Source: a bacterium
GTDB lineage: Bacteria; CALINM01
Direction: 5' to 3'
Assembly: GCA_041640455.1 (NCBI GenBank)
Contig: JBEQAF010000005.1
Location: 1 to 40,630 of the forward strand
Length of the DNA: 40,630 nt
Below the pieces are notes generated by a model. That model did no database searches. It was given only the letters and a program-made list of their open reading frames with translations, and was not told the DNA's origin. Position numbers and translations under genes: made by a program. This document shows, one piece after another, positions 8,162-17,422 of the stretch. Every line of letters starts with the position of its first letter. Position 1 is the stretch's first letter.

Positions 8162-10162
8162 ATGTCAGAAGAAAAAAAGAGTTATGAATCTCTTTCACAG
8201 GAGTCAAGAAAATTTAACCCACCCAAAGAGTTTGTAGAACAGGCATACGTAAAGAGTATTGATGAGTACAAAAAATTGTACGACCGTTCAATTAATGACC
8301 CTGATGGATTCTGGGGCGATATGGCAAAGGAGCTACTTGAATGGTACAGCACAGACTGGAAAAAGGTTGAGTACTACGATTTTGAAAACGCCATAATTAA
8401 ATATTTTGAGGGTGGAAAGATTAATGTATCCTACAACTGCCTTGACAGGCATGTTAAAACCTGGAGAAGGAACAAAGCCGCTCTTATCTGGGAAGGCGAT
8501 AACTATGAAACTAAAACAGTAACTTATCAGCAGCTTTACAGAGAGGTAAACAGATTTGCCAATGTCTTAAAAAAGATGGGGGTCAAAAAGGGTGACAGGG
8601 TTACAATATATCTACCCATGATAGTTGAACTTCCTATAGCCATGTTAGCCTGTGCAAGGATAGGAGCAATACACAGTGTTATTTTTGGCGGTTTTTCTCC
8701 TGCTTCAATTGTTGACAGGGTTGAAGATGCAAAATGTTCTTTCTTGATTACAGCTGATGAAGGGTATAGAGGTGGAAGAGTTGTTCCATTAAAGAAAAAC
8801 GTTGATGAGGCGCTTGCAGATCCGAGAGCTGCATCCATTAAAACAGTGATTGTATGTAAAAGAACTGGTAATCCAGTTAATATGAAGGAGGGAAGAGACT
8901 ACTGGTGGCATGAGTTAATGGCTGATCCCGAAATATCAGATTACTGTGAGCCCGAAGTAATGGATGCTGAAGATCCTCTATTTATCCTGTATACTTCCGG
9001 TAGTACAGGAAAACCTAAGGGTGTCTGCCATACTACAGGCGGATATCTGCTCTATACCACAGCTACATTCAAATATGTGTTTGATTATAAAGAAAATGAT
9101 CTTTACTGGTGTACGGCAGATATTGGATGGGTCACAGGTCATAGTTATATAGTATATGGTCCTCTCTCATTTGGAGCTACCTCCTTTATGTTTGAAGGAA
9201 TTCCTAACTATCCTAAACCAGATAGGTTCTGGGAGATCGTTGAAAAATACAAAATCAACATCTTCTATACTGCGCCTACTGCTATCAGAGCAATGATGAG
9301 AGATGGAGATCAATGGCCTAATGGAAGAGATTTATCTTCTTTAAGACTTTTGGGAACAGTAGGTGAACCTATTAACCCAGAAGCATGGATCTGGTATTAT
9401 AACGTGATCGGACGTCAGCGCTGTCCAATTGTAGATACATGGTGGCAGACCGAAACAGGAGGTCATTTAATAGCTACAATACCAGGCGCATCTTTTCAGA
9501 AACCTGGCTCAGCAGGATTGCCTTTCTTTGGTGTAGTACCTAAGGTTGTTGACGACAATGGTCAGGAAGTGGGAGTAAACGAGGGTGGAAAGCTAATTAT
9601 TGAAAAATCCTGGCCAGGAATGATGAGAACTGTTTATGGAGATCATGAGAGGTTTAAACAAACATATTTTTCTATGTACAAGGGCAAATACTTCACCGGT
9701 GACGGAGCAAGAAAGGACGAGGATGGTTATTTCTGGCTTATGGGGCGTGTAGATGACGTTATCAACGTATCAGGTCACAGAATAGGTACCGCAGAGGTAG
9801 AGAGTGCTCTGGTATCCCATAAAGCCGTTGCAGAGGCAGCAGTGGTTGGCATGCCTCACGAAATCAAAGGTCAGGGCATCTATGCTTACATCATACTAAA
9901 AGAGGGCTTTACAGCATCAGAAGAGCTCAGAAAAGAGCTTATTCAACATGTGAGAAAGGAGATTGGGCCCATTGCTACACCTGATATACTACATTTTGTT
10001 CCTAACCTTCCCAAGACAAGAAGCGGCAAGATTATGAGAAGAATTCTTAGAAAGGTAGCAGAGAATGAGTTTGAAAATATCGGAGATACTACAACTCTTG
10101 CTGATCCATCAGTCGTGCAGATAATAATAGAGGGTAAAAAGTCTGGAAAGTACGGATTATAA
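8162..10162 (+). CDS. acs: Acetyl-CoA synthetase (AMP-forming)
   Basis: [49 protein letters not shown]. Confidence 0.96.
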   Translation: MSEEKKSYESLSQESRKFNPPKEFVEQAYVKSIDEYKKLYDRSINDPDGFWGDMAKELLEWYSTDWKKVEYYDFENAIIKYFEGGKINVSYNCLDRHVKTWRRNKAALIWEGDNYETKTVTYQQLYREVNRFANVLKKMGVKKGDRVTIYLPMIVELPIAMLACARIGAIHSVIFGGFSPASIVDRVEDAKCSFLITADEGYRGGRVVPLKKNVDEALADPRAASIKTVIVCKRTGNPVNMKEGRDYWWHELMADPEISDYCEPEVMDAEDPLFILYTSGSTGKPKGVCHTTGGYLLYTTATFKYVFDYKENDLYWCTADIGWVTGHSYIVYGPLSFGATSFMFEGIPNYPKPDRFWEIVEKYKINIFYTAPTAIRAMMRDGDQWPNGRDLSSLRLLGTVGEPINPEAWIWYYNVIGRQRCPIVDTWWQTETGGHLIATIPGASFQKPGSAGLPFFGVVPKVVDDNGQEVGVNEGGKLIIEKSWPGMMRTVYGDHERFKQTYFSMYKGKYFTGDGARKDEDGYFWLMGRVDDVINVSGHRIGTAEVESALVSHKAVAEAAVVGMPHEIKGQGIYAYIILKEGFTASEELRKELIQHVRKEIGPIATPDILHFVPNLPKTRSGKIMRRILRKVAENEFENIGDTTTLADPSVVQIIIEGKKSGKYGL

Positions 10163-10182
10163 AAGATTTAATTAACATTGTA

Positions 10183-10215
10183 AAAAAAGGGTAGCTTAAA
10201 AAGCTACCCTTTTTT
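10183..10215. terminator. Bidirectional intrinsic terminator between acs and the nuo/acs-cluster transcript
   Basis: Perfect 15-bp inverted repeat AAAAAAGGGTAGCTT-aaa-AAGCTACCCTTTTTT. Confidence 0.9.
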
Positions 10216-11218
10216 ATTGACTACAGACGATTTTCAATATATTTAGAGCTTTAATTGCGTTTTCCGTACTTAAAGCTCCCATTCCGCAGGCAGGTGTAAA
10301 AAATACCCTTTCACTAATCTTATCTATACTTAGTATTTTTTTAAGATTTGCAAGAATAAAATTCTTTTTTTCCTTGATATCTTTTTCAGTAATATTTTTT
10401 ATTGTCTCCTCGTCGGTAGGTACTATGCCGAAGGCTATATAACCTCCATTTTCAACAAATTTTTTAATATCATAGCTGTAAAGGAAAAACTCTTCTGAAT
10501 AGCTGTAGGCATCAAAGTTTATAATGTCAAGAGGCAGAGACATAATAAAATCCCATTCTGAATTGCCGCATATATGTATACCTGAAAAATAATCCTTTTC
10601 ATCCCAAAGGATATCCTGATAAATACTTCTCACATCCTCTTTTTTCAGATTTAAAACCGCAGAACCTATCTGAGACAGAATGGGTTCATCAAAAAAAATA
10701 ATCCTGTCAGCCATTTCATTTGATTCTCTAAAATCTCTTGCCTGACAAAGCGCTTTAAGCTTCAGTATCTTTGGTATTATTTCTCTGTAAAAATCATCGG
10801 ATATGAGAAGCTGGTTATTACCCTTTTTGTGGGAGGTTAAAAAGGTAATGGGTCCTATTACCTGACCTTTCACAATATTGAGCTCAGCACCTCTTATTCT
10901 GGTGAGGAATTTCTGATAAGTCAGCGAATAACTGCTGCTAATGCAAAAATTTTTAATCTGCCTATTTTCAATCTCATCAATTATCTTTTCAAGCCCACTC
11001 ACATCCTCAGGTTCTAAAAATCTTACCTCTCCATTTGAGGGCTCCCATCCAGGTATTCCTTCCAGATACTGAACGAGCATGGACTCCATCGGTGAGACCT
11101 TTGGCAGTTGAGGCCATGAAGGGCTTTTTCTACAATAACGAAAGACTACCTCCAGAGCCTCTTCGGGGCTCTGGAAAGGTAGACTTCCTATAAGAAGTGG
11201 CTGAAAATTGGCGATCAA
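10214..11218 (-). CDS. mesB: Core (single-barrel) MetE-like methionine synthase, MesB type (methyl-corrinoid-protein dependent)
   Basis: IGSLP, WPQLP, KGQVIGPITF, DEP, Zn ligands HIC and TPACG, FDAY, GIVPT; 334 aa; TTG start 3 nt after the acsE stop. Confidence 0.75.
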   Translation of the reverse strand: MIANFQPLLIGSLPFQSPEEALEVVFRYCRKSPSWPQLPKVSPMESMLVQYLEGIPGWEPSNGEVRFLEPEDVSGLEKIIDEIENRQIKNFCISSSYSLTYQKFLTRIRGAELNIVKGQVIGPITFLTSHKKGNNQLLISDDFYREIIPKILKLKALCQARDFRESNEMADRIIFFDEPILSQIGSAVLNLKKEDVRSIYQDILWDEKDYFSGIHICGNSEWDFIMSLPLDIINFDAYSYSEEFFLYSYDIKKFVENGGYIAFGIVPTDEETIKNITEKDIKEKKNFILANLKKILSIDKISERVFFTPACGMGALSTENAIKALNILKIVCSQ

Positions 11219-11221
11219 ATC

Positions 11222-12121
11222 TTAGATTTCTAACCAGGAATGGGAATATAGTACTTTACCGAGTAAAACTCTTACTGACTTGGCGTATTCTTTCTGTTTC
11301 GGGCTAAGGCTGTTCATGTCAGGTTCATAGCCATCCATCATTTTGAATACAAGCTCTTCTATATCATTTAGTCCACCTTTAGCATATTCCATAAGCTCTT
11401 TATCGTAGGAATCAACTATGGCTGAATACAAGCCAAGCTTCTTAAGCATAATAAGATAGGTTCTGTTTAAAACTCTTCTCAGTTCATCGGTTGGAGCTCC
11501 GTTAGATACGTTTGAAAGCCCGCAGGTGGTCTTAGCGCCGGGGCAGATCTCCTGCACCTGAGGAATAAACTCCTGAAAAGCAAGCACCTGATTAAGGTCA
11601 ACGGATATGGGAAGAACGATAGGGTCAACCCACATCTTTTCGTTTGGAATCCCCTTTTCAGCTGCTGCAGTCATTATGGTTACCAGACACATACCTCTCT
11701 CAGATGCGTCTCTCGGGATACCTTCCTCTGAAAGTGTGAGGGCTACAAAATCACAGCCGTACTTTTCAACAAGCGGCAATTTAGTGTTCAACGATTCTGT
11801 CTGGGCAGATATGGAGTTAATTATAGGCAGATTTTTCTTAGCCGCTTTGATTCCTGCTTCAATAGCCACAGGATTTGTTGTATCTAAAAATAAAGGTAGA
11901 TCTGTAACCTCTTCCACAGTCTTGACAAGCCATTCCATCATCTCATCACCTGCTTTTCTTGCAGGACCAAGATTGAGATCTAAATAATCGGCACCCGCTT
12001 CTGTCTCTTCCACAGCCATTTTCTGGATAGGAGCCTTATTCTTCTCTCTGATAGCTGGACCAATGGTTTTCGACATAATGTTGATGCTTTCAGCAATAGT
12101 GTATACCTTTTTTTGAGACAT
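11222..12121 (-). CDS. acsE: Methyltetrahydrofolate:corrinoid/Fe-S protein methyltransferase AcsE
   Basis: Pterin-binding barrel: ESIN, DLN, LDTTN, INS, DP, GLSNVS; directly downstream of acsC. Confidence 0.9.
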   Translation of the reverse strand: MSQKKVYTIAESINIMSKTIGPAIREKNKAPIQKMAVEETEAGADYLDLNLGPARKAGDEMMEWLVKTVEEVTDLPLFLDTTNPVAIEAGIKAAKKNLPIINSISAQTESLNTKLPLVEKYGCDFVALTLSEEGIPRDASERGMCLVTIMTAAAEKGIPNEKMWVDPIVLPISVDLNQVLAFQEFIPQVQEICPGAKTTCGLSNVSNGAPTDELRRVLNRTYLIMLKKLGLYSAIVDSYDKELMEYAKGGLNDIEELVFKMMDGYEPDMNSLSPKQKEYAKSVRVLLGKVLYSHSWLEI

Positions 12122-12142
12122 TATTCCCTCCCCCCTTTTATT

Positions 12143-13486
12143 TTATAGCTTCCACATTTTTAAGAATTTGGGCAGATCTGCCGCTTCCCTCGGACCGATC
12201 TGCACCTCCCAGCCTTCACCTAACTCTTCCTGAAACTCACCTGAAAGCTGTGCCACATAACCAGGAATGATAATCTTTCTATGCTTTACCTTCTGGGTTA
12301 TATCGGTCTTTTTCACATAGATTGCCATAGCATCGGCAACAAACTTGCCTGCTGACCATGCTGTGAGAACTGAAAGCCCCTCTGTATCCATTATCATTAG
12401 CCAGCAAGGAACTCTACTTGCCTCAATCTCGGCAGATACAATAAAGTAAGTAAGAGCAAAGTTAACGGTAATAATAACTGGCGAATTCTCGTCAGGATTA
12501 TTGATCGGATAGATACCCTGCTCAACAACCATAGGTCTCTGAGGATCTGTAAACACATTCATTCTTGATACGGTTATAGGCAGTATCTTTGCTGGATCTG
12601 GTTCAGATATGACTACTATTCCTGCATACTGTGCAATAAGCCCTGATGCTATCACTGCTTCCATCATCCCATCTTTAGCATAGTCGCTAATCACATTAAA
12701 AGTTGGGAATCCAACCTCTTTTACTTTCTGTTTTATTGATGCCCTTCTTGCAAATACGTTGTCTTTAAGCGCATCCTTAAAATTTTTCGGTGTTGAATCT
12801 ATAGCAATATCCTTAACACCAGCTGCAAGCAGCTTAGAAGTAACCTGTGAAACCTCATCAAGACCATTACCTTTAGCAACCACTGAAAGTCCTGTTGCCT
12901 TTGCAATCTCTGCTATTGCATCAGCATTTGCAAGGGTTGCCGCATAAAGCATAGGTTTTTTGTCTTTGTATTTCTCTGCCGCCTGTTTCAGTGTTTCAAG
13001 ATTATCGGATGCAATCACAAAAGGCTTGTTAGTTGCAGCTACCTTATCCAGTAGAGCCATAAATTTTGCTCCATCTGCCTCATTTTTTGCGAAAACCATA
13101 TCTACACAGAGCTTTTTGCCAACTCTTTCAAAACAGATAGATGAAATTTTTGAAAGCTTGGCGGAGATTGCATCATCTGACTCTGAATCTTTTACCATCA
13201 CTGCAATAGGTGTTGGATTAAAAAAGGTTTTCTCATGTCTGAACATAACCGTTTCGCCACCCACCTTTACCATACCATCACCTGTGCCTATGGTAAACTC
13301 TCTGATAGGTGGTGCAGTTGCCTCTGACAGCTTTGCTTTTGATTCTTCTGATACATAAGGGCAGAGGCTTATGTCTGCCTTTCCTGCTGCCAGCTTCATA
13401 GCAAAGGCAAGACAGGTTGGCTCACCACAGTCCTTACAGTTTGTTTGTGGAAGTAGTTTATATATTTGTATACCTGTGAGTCCCAT
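12143..13486 (-). CDS. acsC: Corrinoid Fe-S protein large (gamma) subunit AcsC
   Basis: LPQTNCKDCGEPTCLAFA..LCP [4Fe-4S] motif, TDPQRP, NFALTYF, GLSVLTAW, GPREA. Confidence 0.96.
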   Translation of the reverse strand: MGLTGIQIYKLLPQTNCKDCGEPTCLAFAMKLAAGKADISLCPYVSEESKAKLSEATAPPIREFTIGTGDGMVKVGGETVMFRHEKTFFNPTPIAVMVKDSESDDAISAKLSKISSICFERVGKKLCVDMVFAKNEADGAKFMALLDKVAATNKPFVIASDNLETLKQAAEKYKDKKPMLYAATLANADAIAEIAKATGLSVVAKGNGLDEVSQVTSKLLAAGVKDIAIDSTPKNFKDALKDNVFARRASIKQKVKEVGFPTFNVISDYAKDGMMEAVIASGLIAQYAGIVVISEPDPAKILPITVSRMNVFTDPQRPMVVEQGIYPINNPDENSPVIITVNFALTYFIVSAEIEASRVPCWLMIMDTEGLSVLTAWSAGKFVADAMAIYVKKTDITQKVKHRKIIIPGYVAQLSGEFQEELGEGWEVQIGPREAADLPKFLKMWKL

Positions 13487-13508
13487 ATTTTTTCTCCTTT
13501 CAGTTTTT

Positions 13509-15701
13509 TTACATTAATGGATCCATTGTCAATACTGGATGGTTAACCTTTTGCAGGAATTCCATCAGCTCTTCTTCAGTAGTAGCGCAGGTTTCATCGG
13601 CTATCTTGTTATAAAAATCTTCAAGTCCGAGCTCTGCCGCCCTCTTCTCGATACCCTCCTTAAGGAACTCTTTAAGAGCTTTTGGCATCCACACTACCCT
13701 GTTAAGACCACCCTCTGCAAGAAGGAACTTTTTGCTGAGCACAAACTGCCTTGAAATACCTACAAAGCCTGGTGTCTGAGCTCCTCCACCTACCTGACCT
13801 GCTAAAGTAGAGAAGGTCATTCCGCATGGAGTCATGGCATTGTAGTCTCTATCTACTACCATAAACCCCTGTGTAAGAGGTAGTATTACTACGATGGCTT
13901 CAAAGCAGCCACAGGATGTCATGGGATCCTGAAGTATTGAGTAGGCGCTAAATCTTTCTATGGCATTTCCAGACTTTTCATATACAAACTGATTAACTGT
14001 ATCCCACTGACCTACAGTTTCGTCGATGACGTTTCCTTTAGGTATGGGCTGGTTCGGACCTGTGGGATTAATCTCGAATGCTGCACGACAGTCAAGCCAG
14101 TTATATGCACCACACAGACCGGGTCTTTCTGGAGTTACTACACATACATGGGTTGGTGCAAAGGACTGACATAGTGTACAGGAATAAAAGGTATCCACAC
14201 TCTCATCTGCCAGACCTGCCATTCTCTCTTCTCTTTTTCTATATGTTCTCCTTGCCTCTTCAAGCAGCTCCTTTACCTTATCAGGCTCTGTATATATCTT
14301 TACCTGAATCTTGTCAAGTATGTTACCAAAATCATTATGAAGCTTTGCATGCAGAATAGTTCCAAGATGTTTAAGTCTGAACCCGCTTTCAAAAGCCTTT
14401 TTAGTAATCCTCATCCAGATTATGTCTCTCTGACCTATATGCAGTACACCCTCTGCCTGGTTTAAAAGATGGTGAAACTGTCTCTCAAGAATAGGTTCAA
14501 AATCTTCCTGCATCTTTCTTCCTGCTACCTCAAGCCAGATAGCGATGGGAACTGTAGCTCCTTCAGGTAGCTGGTCGATGTCCGGTCCGATAACTTCTAT
14601 ATGACCATCCTTAACCTCTTCCATATCCTTCATTTTACAAAACTCAAAGCCAAAGGATTTTGGTCCGCCCATCTCAAGTCTCATGTTTTCTTTCTTAACT
14701 CTTTCGCCTTCATAGGCTGGTCCGTATGAGACTGGTATATCAATTTTAGTTACAGTAACTTTAAGTCCTCTTACCTCAACACATTTATCAACTATCTCAT
14801 CGAGCGGCACGTTACTTACCACATGTTCATAAGTACAGATACCTGTTGGCAGTATCTGTGGTATATCTGTTTCTGCTATAGCAGGGAATCCGTAGTTTAT
14901 AGCACCTGCCGCAGCAGCATATTTTTCATCCGTCACAGGACCTAAAGCGAGGACGAAAGCAAAAACTCTGTTTTTGTTATAAAGAAGAACGTTTTTATAA
15001 TCACCAGGTTTGATACCACCAAATGCAAGGGCTGCCCTTGTAGCAAAACCAAGCGAGAATATGTGAGCTGATACATCTTCACCAAAAGGAACAAGCCTTG
15101 TACTCCAGCCAAGCTGCATACCTGCCTCTTTAAGCTGCTCAGCAAACTTACCACCACCCATAAATACGTAGAGGCTTTTATCAATAAGCTGTTTGGCAAG
15201 CTTTACTGCTGTCTCAACGTTTGGTGCCTCGCCAACTACTGCGGCAAAGCCAGGAGCTGTACCATCAACAAACTCAACGCCTCTTTTTCTCAATATAATA
15301 TCGTCTGCAGCGCCAAGCCAGAGATGATCCTCATCACAGTCTTCAGCTATAAAATAGGGCACTGGATCCTGAAGATATTTAAGAGACTCTTCAATTTCAT
15401 AGAGGAACAATGTGGCTGCTCCTGCATCAAGGGTATGCCCAAGATAGGGAACCCATACCTTCTCATCCACAAAGGGTGGCAGAAGGTCTTTACATTTGTC
15501 CAGTACCTGCTTCATATCTCCCAGTGTTTTTACTGGTATACCCAGAAGACCATAAATTACAGGAAGATAGTAACCTGTATTGGGAAGTTTAACTTCCTTG
15601 TCTGGACCAAACTTTGATAGTGCTTCTTCATATTTGCCCATTACTCTGTCATAAATGGCATGGGCACCTCTTATTGCTGCTGATGCAATAATCTTTGACA
15701 T
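13509..15701 (-). CDS. acsB: Acetyl-CoA synthase (bacterial-type, A-cluster) AcsB
   Basis: YSCTLCQSFAPTHVC, PGLCG, PMTSCGCFE A-cluster ligands; N-terminal domain with PNTGYYLP. Confidence 0.97.
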   Translation of the reverse strand: MSKIIASAAIRGAHAIYDRVMGKYEEALSKFGPDKEVKLPNTGYYLPVIYGLLGIPVKTLGDMKQVLDKCKDLLPPFVDEKVWVPYLGHTLDAGAATLFLYEIEESLKYLQDPVPYFIAEDCDEDHLWLGAADDIILRKRGVEFVDGTAPGFAAVVGEAPNVETAVKLAKQLIDKSLYVFMGGGKFAEQLKEAGMQLGWSTRLVPFGEDVSAHIFSLGFATRAALAFGGIKPGDYKNVLLYNKNRVFAFVLALGPVTDEKYAAAAGAINYGFPAIAETDIPQILPTGICTYEHVVSNVPLDEIVDKCVEVRGLKVTVTKIDIPVSYGPAYEGERVKKENMRLEMGGPKSFGFEFCKMKDMEEVKDGHIEVIGPDIDQLPEGATVPIAIWLEVAGRKMQEDFEPILERQFHHLLNQAEGVLHIGQRDIIWMRITKKAFESGFRLKHLGTILHAKLHNDFGNILDKIQVKIYTEPDKVKELLEEARRTYRKREERMAGLADESVDTFYSCTLCQSFAPTHVCVVTPERPGLCGAYNWLDCRAAFEINPTGPNQPIPKGNVIDETVGQWDTVNQFVYEKSGNAIERFSAYSILQDPMTSCGCFEAIVVILPLTQGFMVVDRDYNAMTPCGMTFSTLAGQVGGGAQTPGFVGISRQFVLSKKFLLAEGGLNRVVWMPKALKEFLKEGIEKRAAELGLEDFYNKIADETCATTEEELMEFLQKVNHPVLTMDPLM

Positions 15702-15723
15702 ATATTTATCCTCCCCACTTTAA

Positions 15724-16659
15724 TTAACTAAAAAATTCATTAAGTATATTTCTTAAAAGCTTAACGGATTCAGGATGCCTTAGCACCAGTATATCAGAGC
15801 CTGCTGCAAGCAGATTAATTGCTGTAATCGCTTCCCATAAAATTCCTCTTGTTGTGAGGTCACCAAAGCTCGGCTCTTCGGAGGCAGATATCTTTGCCTC
15901 CCTTGCTTTCCATGCCTCTTTTCCAATCATACTGATGATAGGTGATTTTAGCTTATCATCACCCTGTGCCAGCGCAGCAAGTCTGATCCTCTGCATTACT
16001 GAGAAAGTATATTCTATACCGTAACCAAGACCACCTGTTGTTGGGTCTATTATTATTGACTCCATGGGAACACCAAGATTTCCAAGCAAGATATTTAGCT
16101 GTTTTGCGAGGTTTACATCAATGGGTGACTGGGCGGCAACCTTATTCCCATATCCTAAGGATGCTGCACCTATCTGTTTGTAATTTTCATCATCTGCAGG
16201 ACCGACAAGTATTACTTTTCCATGGCAGGCTTCCTGCACAGCTTTCATTACTTCCCCATCTTTTTCACTATTAAGACAACCATAAACAATGAGCGGAACG
16301 TTTATTGCGTCCAGTACTGCCCTGGCTGTTTTTGCGACCTCATCGGCAGGACGATTCATCCCATTAGGATCGGCGCTTAAAAGACTTAAGCAGATCATAT
16401 CTGCTTTATATTCATTCTGACATTTAAGAGCCCATTTTACCGGATCTGAATAAACATCACCCAATGCATCAATCAGTGGCTGAGGCCACTCTTCTGGTTG
16501 TGTGTCAATAACCTCCATGGCTATCTTTGGCGGATTCGGTACGGGACCATCAAAGGTGTAGATACCGGAAAGTACTGACTGGCCACCTACTTTTACGCCG
16601 GAGACATCAACTTCAACCACACTGTTACTGTACTTTTCAACTGGTTCTTTAAAAGCCAT
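15724..16659 (-). CDS. acsD: Corrinoid Fe-S protein small (delta) subunit AcsD
   Basis: SPIDVNLAKQLN, DPTTGGLGYGIEY, WKAREA, WEAITA, RHP. Confidence 0.95.
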   Translation of the reverse strand: MAFKEPVEKYSNSVVEVDVSGVKVGGQSVLSGIYTFDGPVPNPPKIAMEVIDTQPEEWPQPLIDALGDVYSDPVKWALKCQNEYKADMICLSLLSADPNGMNRPADEVAKTARAVLDAINVPLIVYGCLNSEKDGEVMKAVQEACHGKVILVGPADDENYKQIGAASLGYGNKVAAQSPIDVNLAKQLNILLGNLGVPMESIIIDPTTGGLGYGIEYTFSVMQRIRLAALAQGDDKLKSPIISMIGKEAWKAREAKISASEEPSFGDLTTRGILWEAITAINLLAAGSDILVLRHPESVKLLRNILNEFFS

Positions 16660-16677
16660 AACTCCCCCTCTCCTTTC

Positions 16678-17421
16678 TTATTTTATATATCTGTCTACAA
16701 AATCATCGATTATTTTAACTACCTTATTATCACTGGCTAATTTTAACGTAGTAATACCCATTTCGTCAAACCTTTTTATATCATCATCGGCAGGTAAAAT
16801 GCAACCTAATTCTAATCTGGTTTTTTTTATTTCTTCAAGGGTTTCTTCCGAAAGCTCTCCTTCTACTCGATTTATTATAATTACTGTTTTATCTATCTTA
16901 AGCTTAAGCTCTTCAGCAAGGTCTCTTATTCTTGAAGCTGTTATAATCCCTCTTAACGAGGCATCGGTAACTATAACCATGAGATCAGCCCCATGAGTAG
17001 TTCTTCTACTCATATGCTCAAGCCCTGCTTCATTATCAATAATCACATATTTATAGTTTTCTGCCAGTATGTCCACATATTTTTTACAGAGCACGTTGGC
17101 ATAGCAGTAACAACCTGCGCCTTCAGGCCTGCCCATAGCTATCAGATCAAATCCATTGCTCTCCACCAGTGCCTGCTGAACTCTGTAACCTATATAAGCA
17201 TCTTTGGTCATCCCCTGAGGAACGTTGAGTACTTCCTCACGGATTCTCCCGATTGTTTCTTCAATCTTAACCCCCAGTACCTCGTTCAGATTGCAGTTGG
17301 CATCGGCATCAACCGCAAGAATGGGACCCTTACCTTTATTTAAAAGGCTTCTCACAATAAGACCAGCCACAGTTGTCTTTCCAGTTCCGCCTTTACCTGC
17401 CATTGCTACAAAAAAAGCCAT
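16678..17421 (-). CDS. cooC: CooC/AcsF nickel-insertion ATPase
   Basis: Deviant Walker A GKGGTGKT, DADAN, GCYC nickel-binding CxC, DNEAGLEH. Confidence 0.92.
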   Translation of the reverse strand: MAFFVAMAGKGGTGKTTVAGLIVRSLLNKGKGPILAVDADANCNLNEVLGVKIEETIGRIREEVLNVPQGMTKDAYIGYRVQQALVESNGFDLIAMGRPEGAGCYCYANVLCKKYVDILAENYKYVIIDNEAGLEHMSRRTTHGADLMVIVTDASLRGIITASRIRDLAEELKLKIDKTVIIINRVEGELSEETLEEIKKTRLELGCILPADDDIKRFDEMGITTLKLASDNKVVKIIDDFVDRYIK

Positions 17422-17422
17422 C

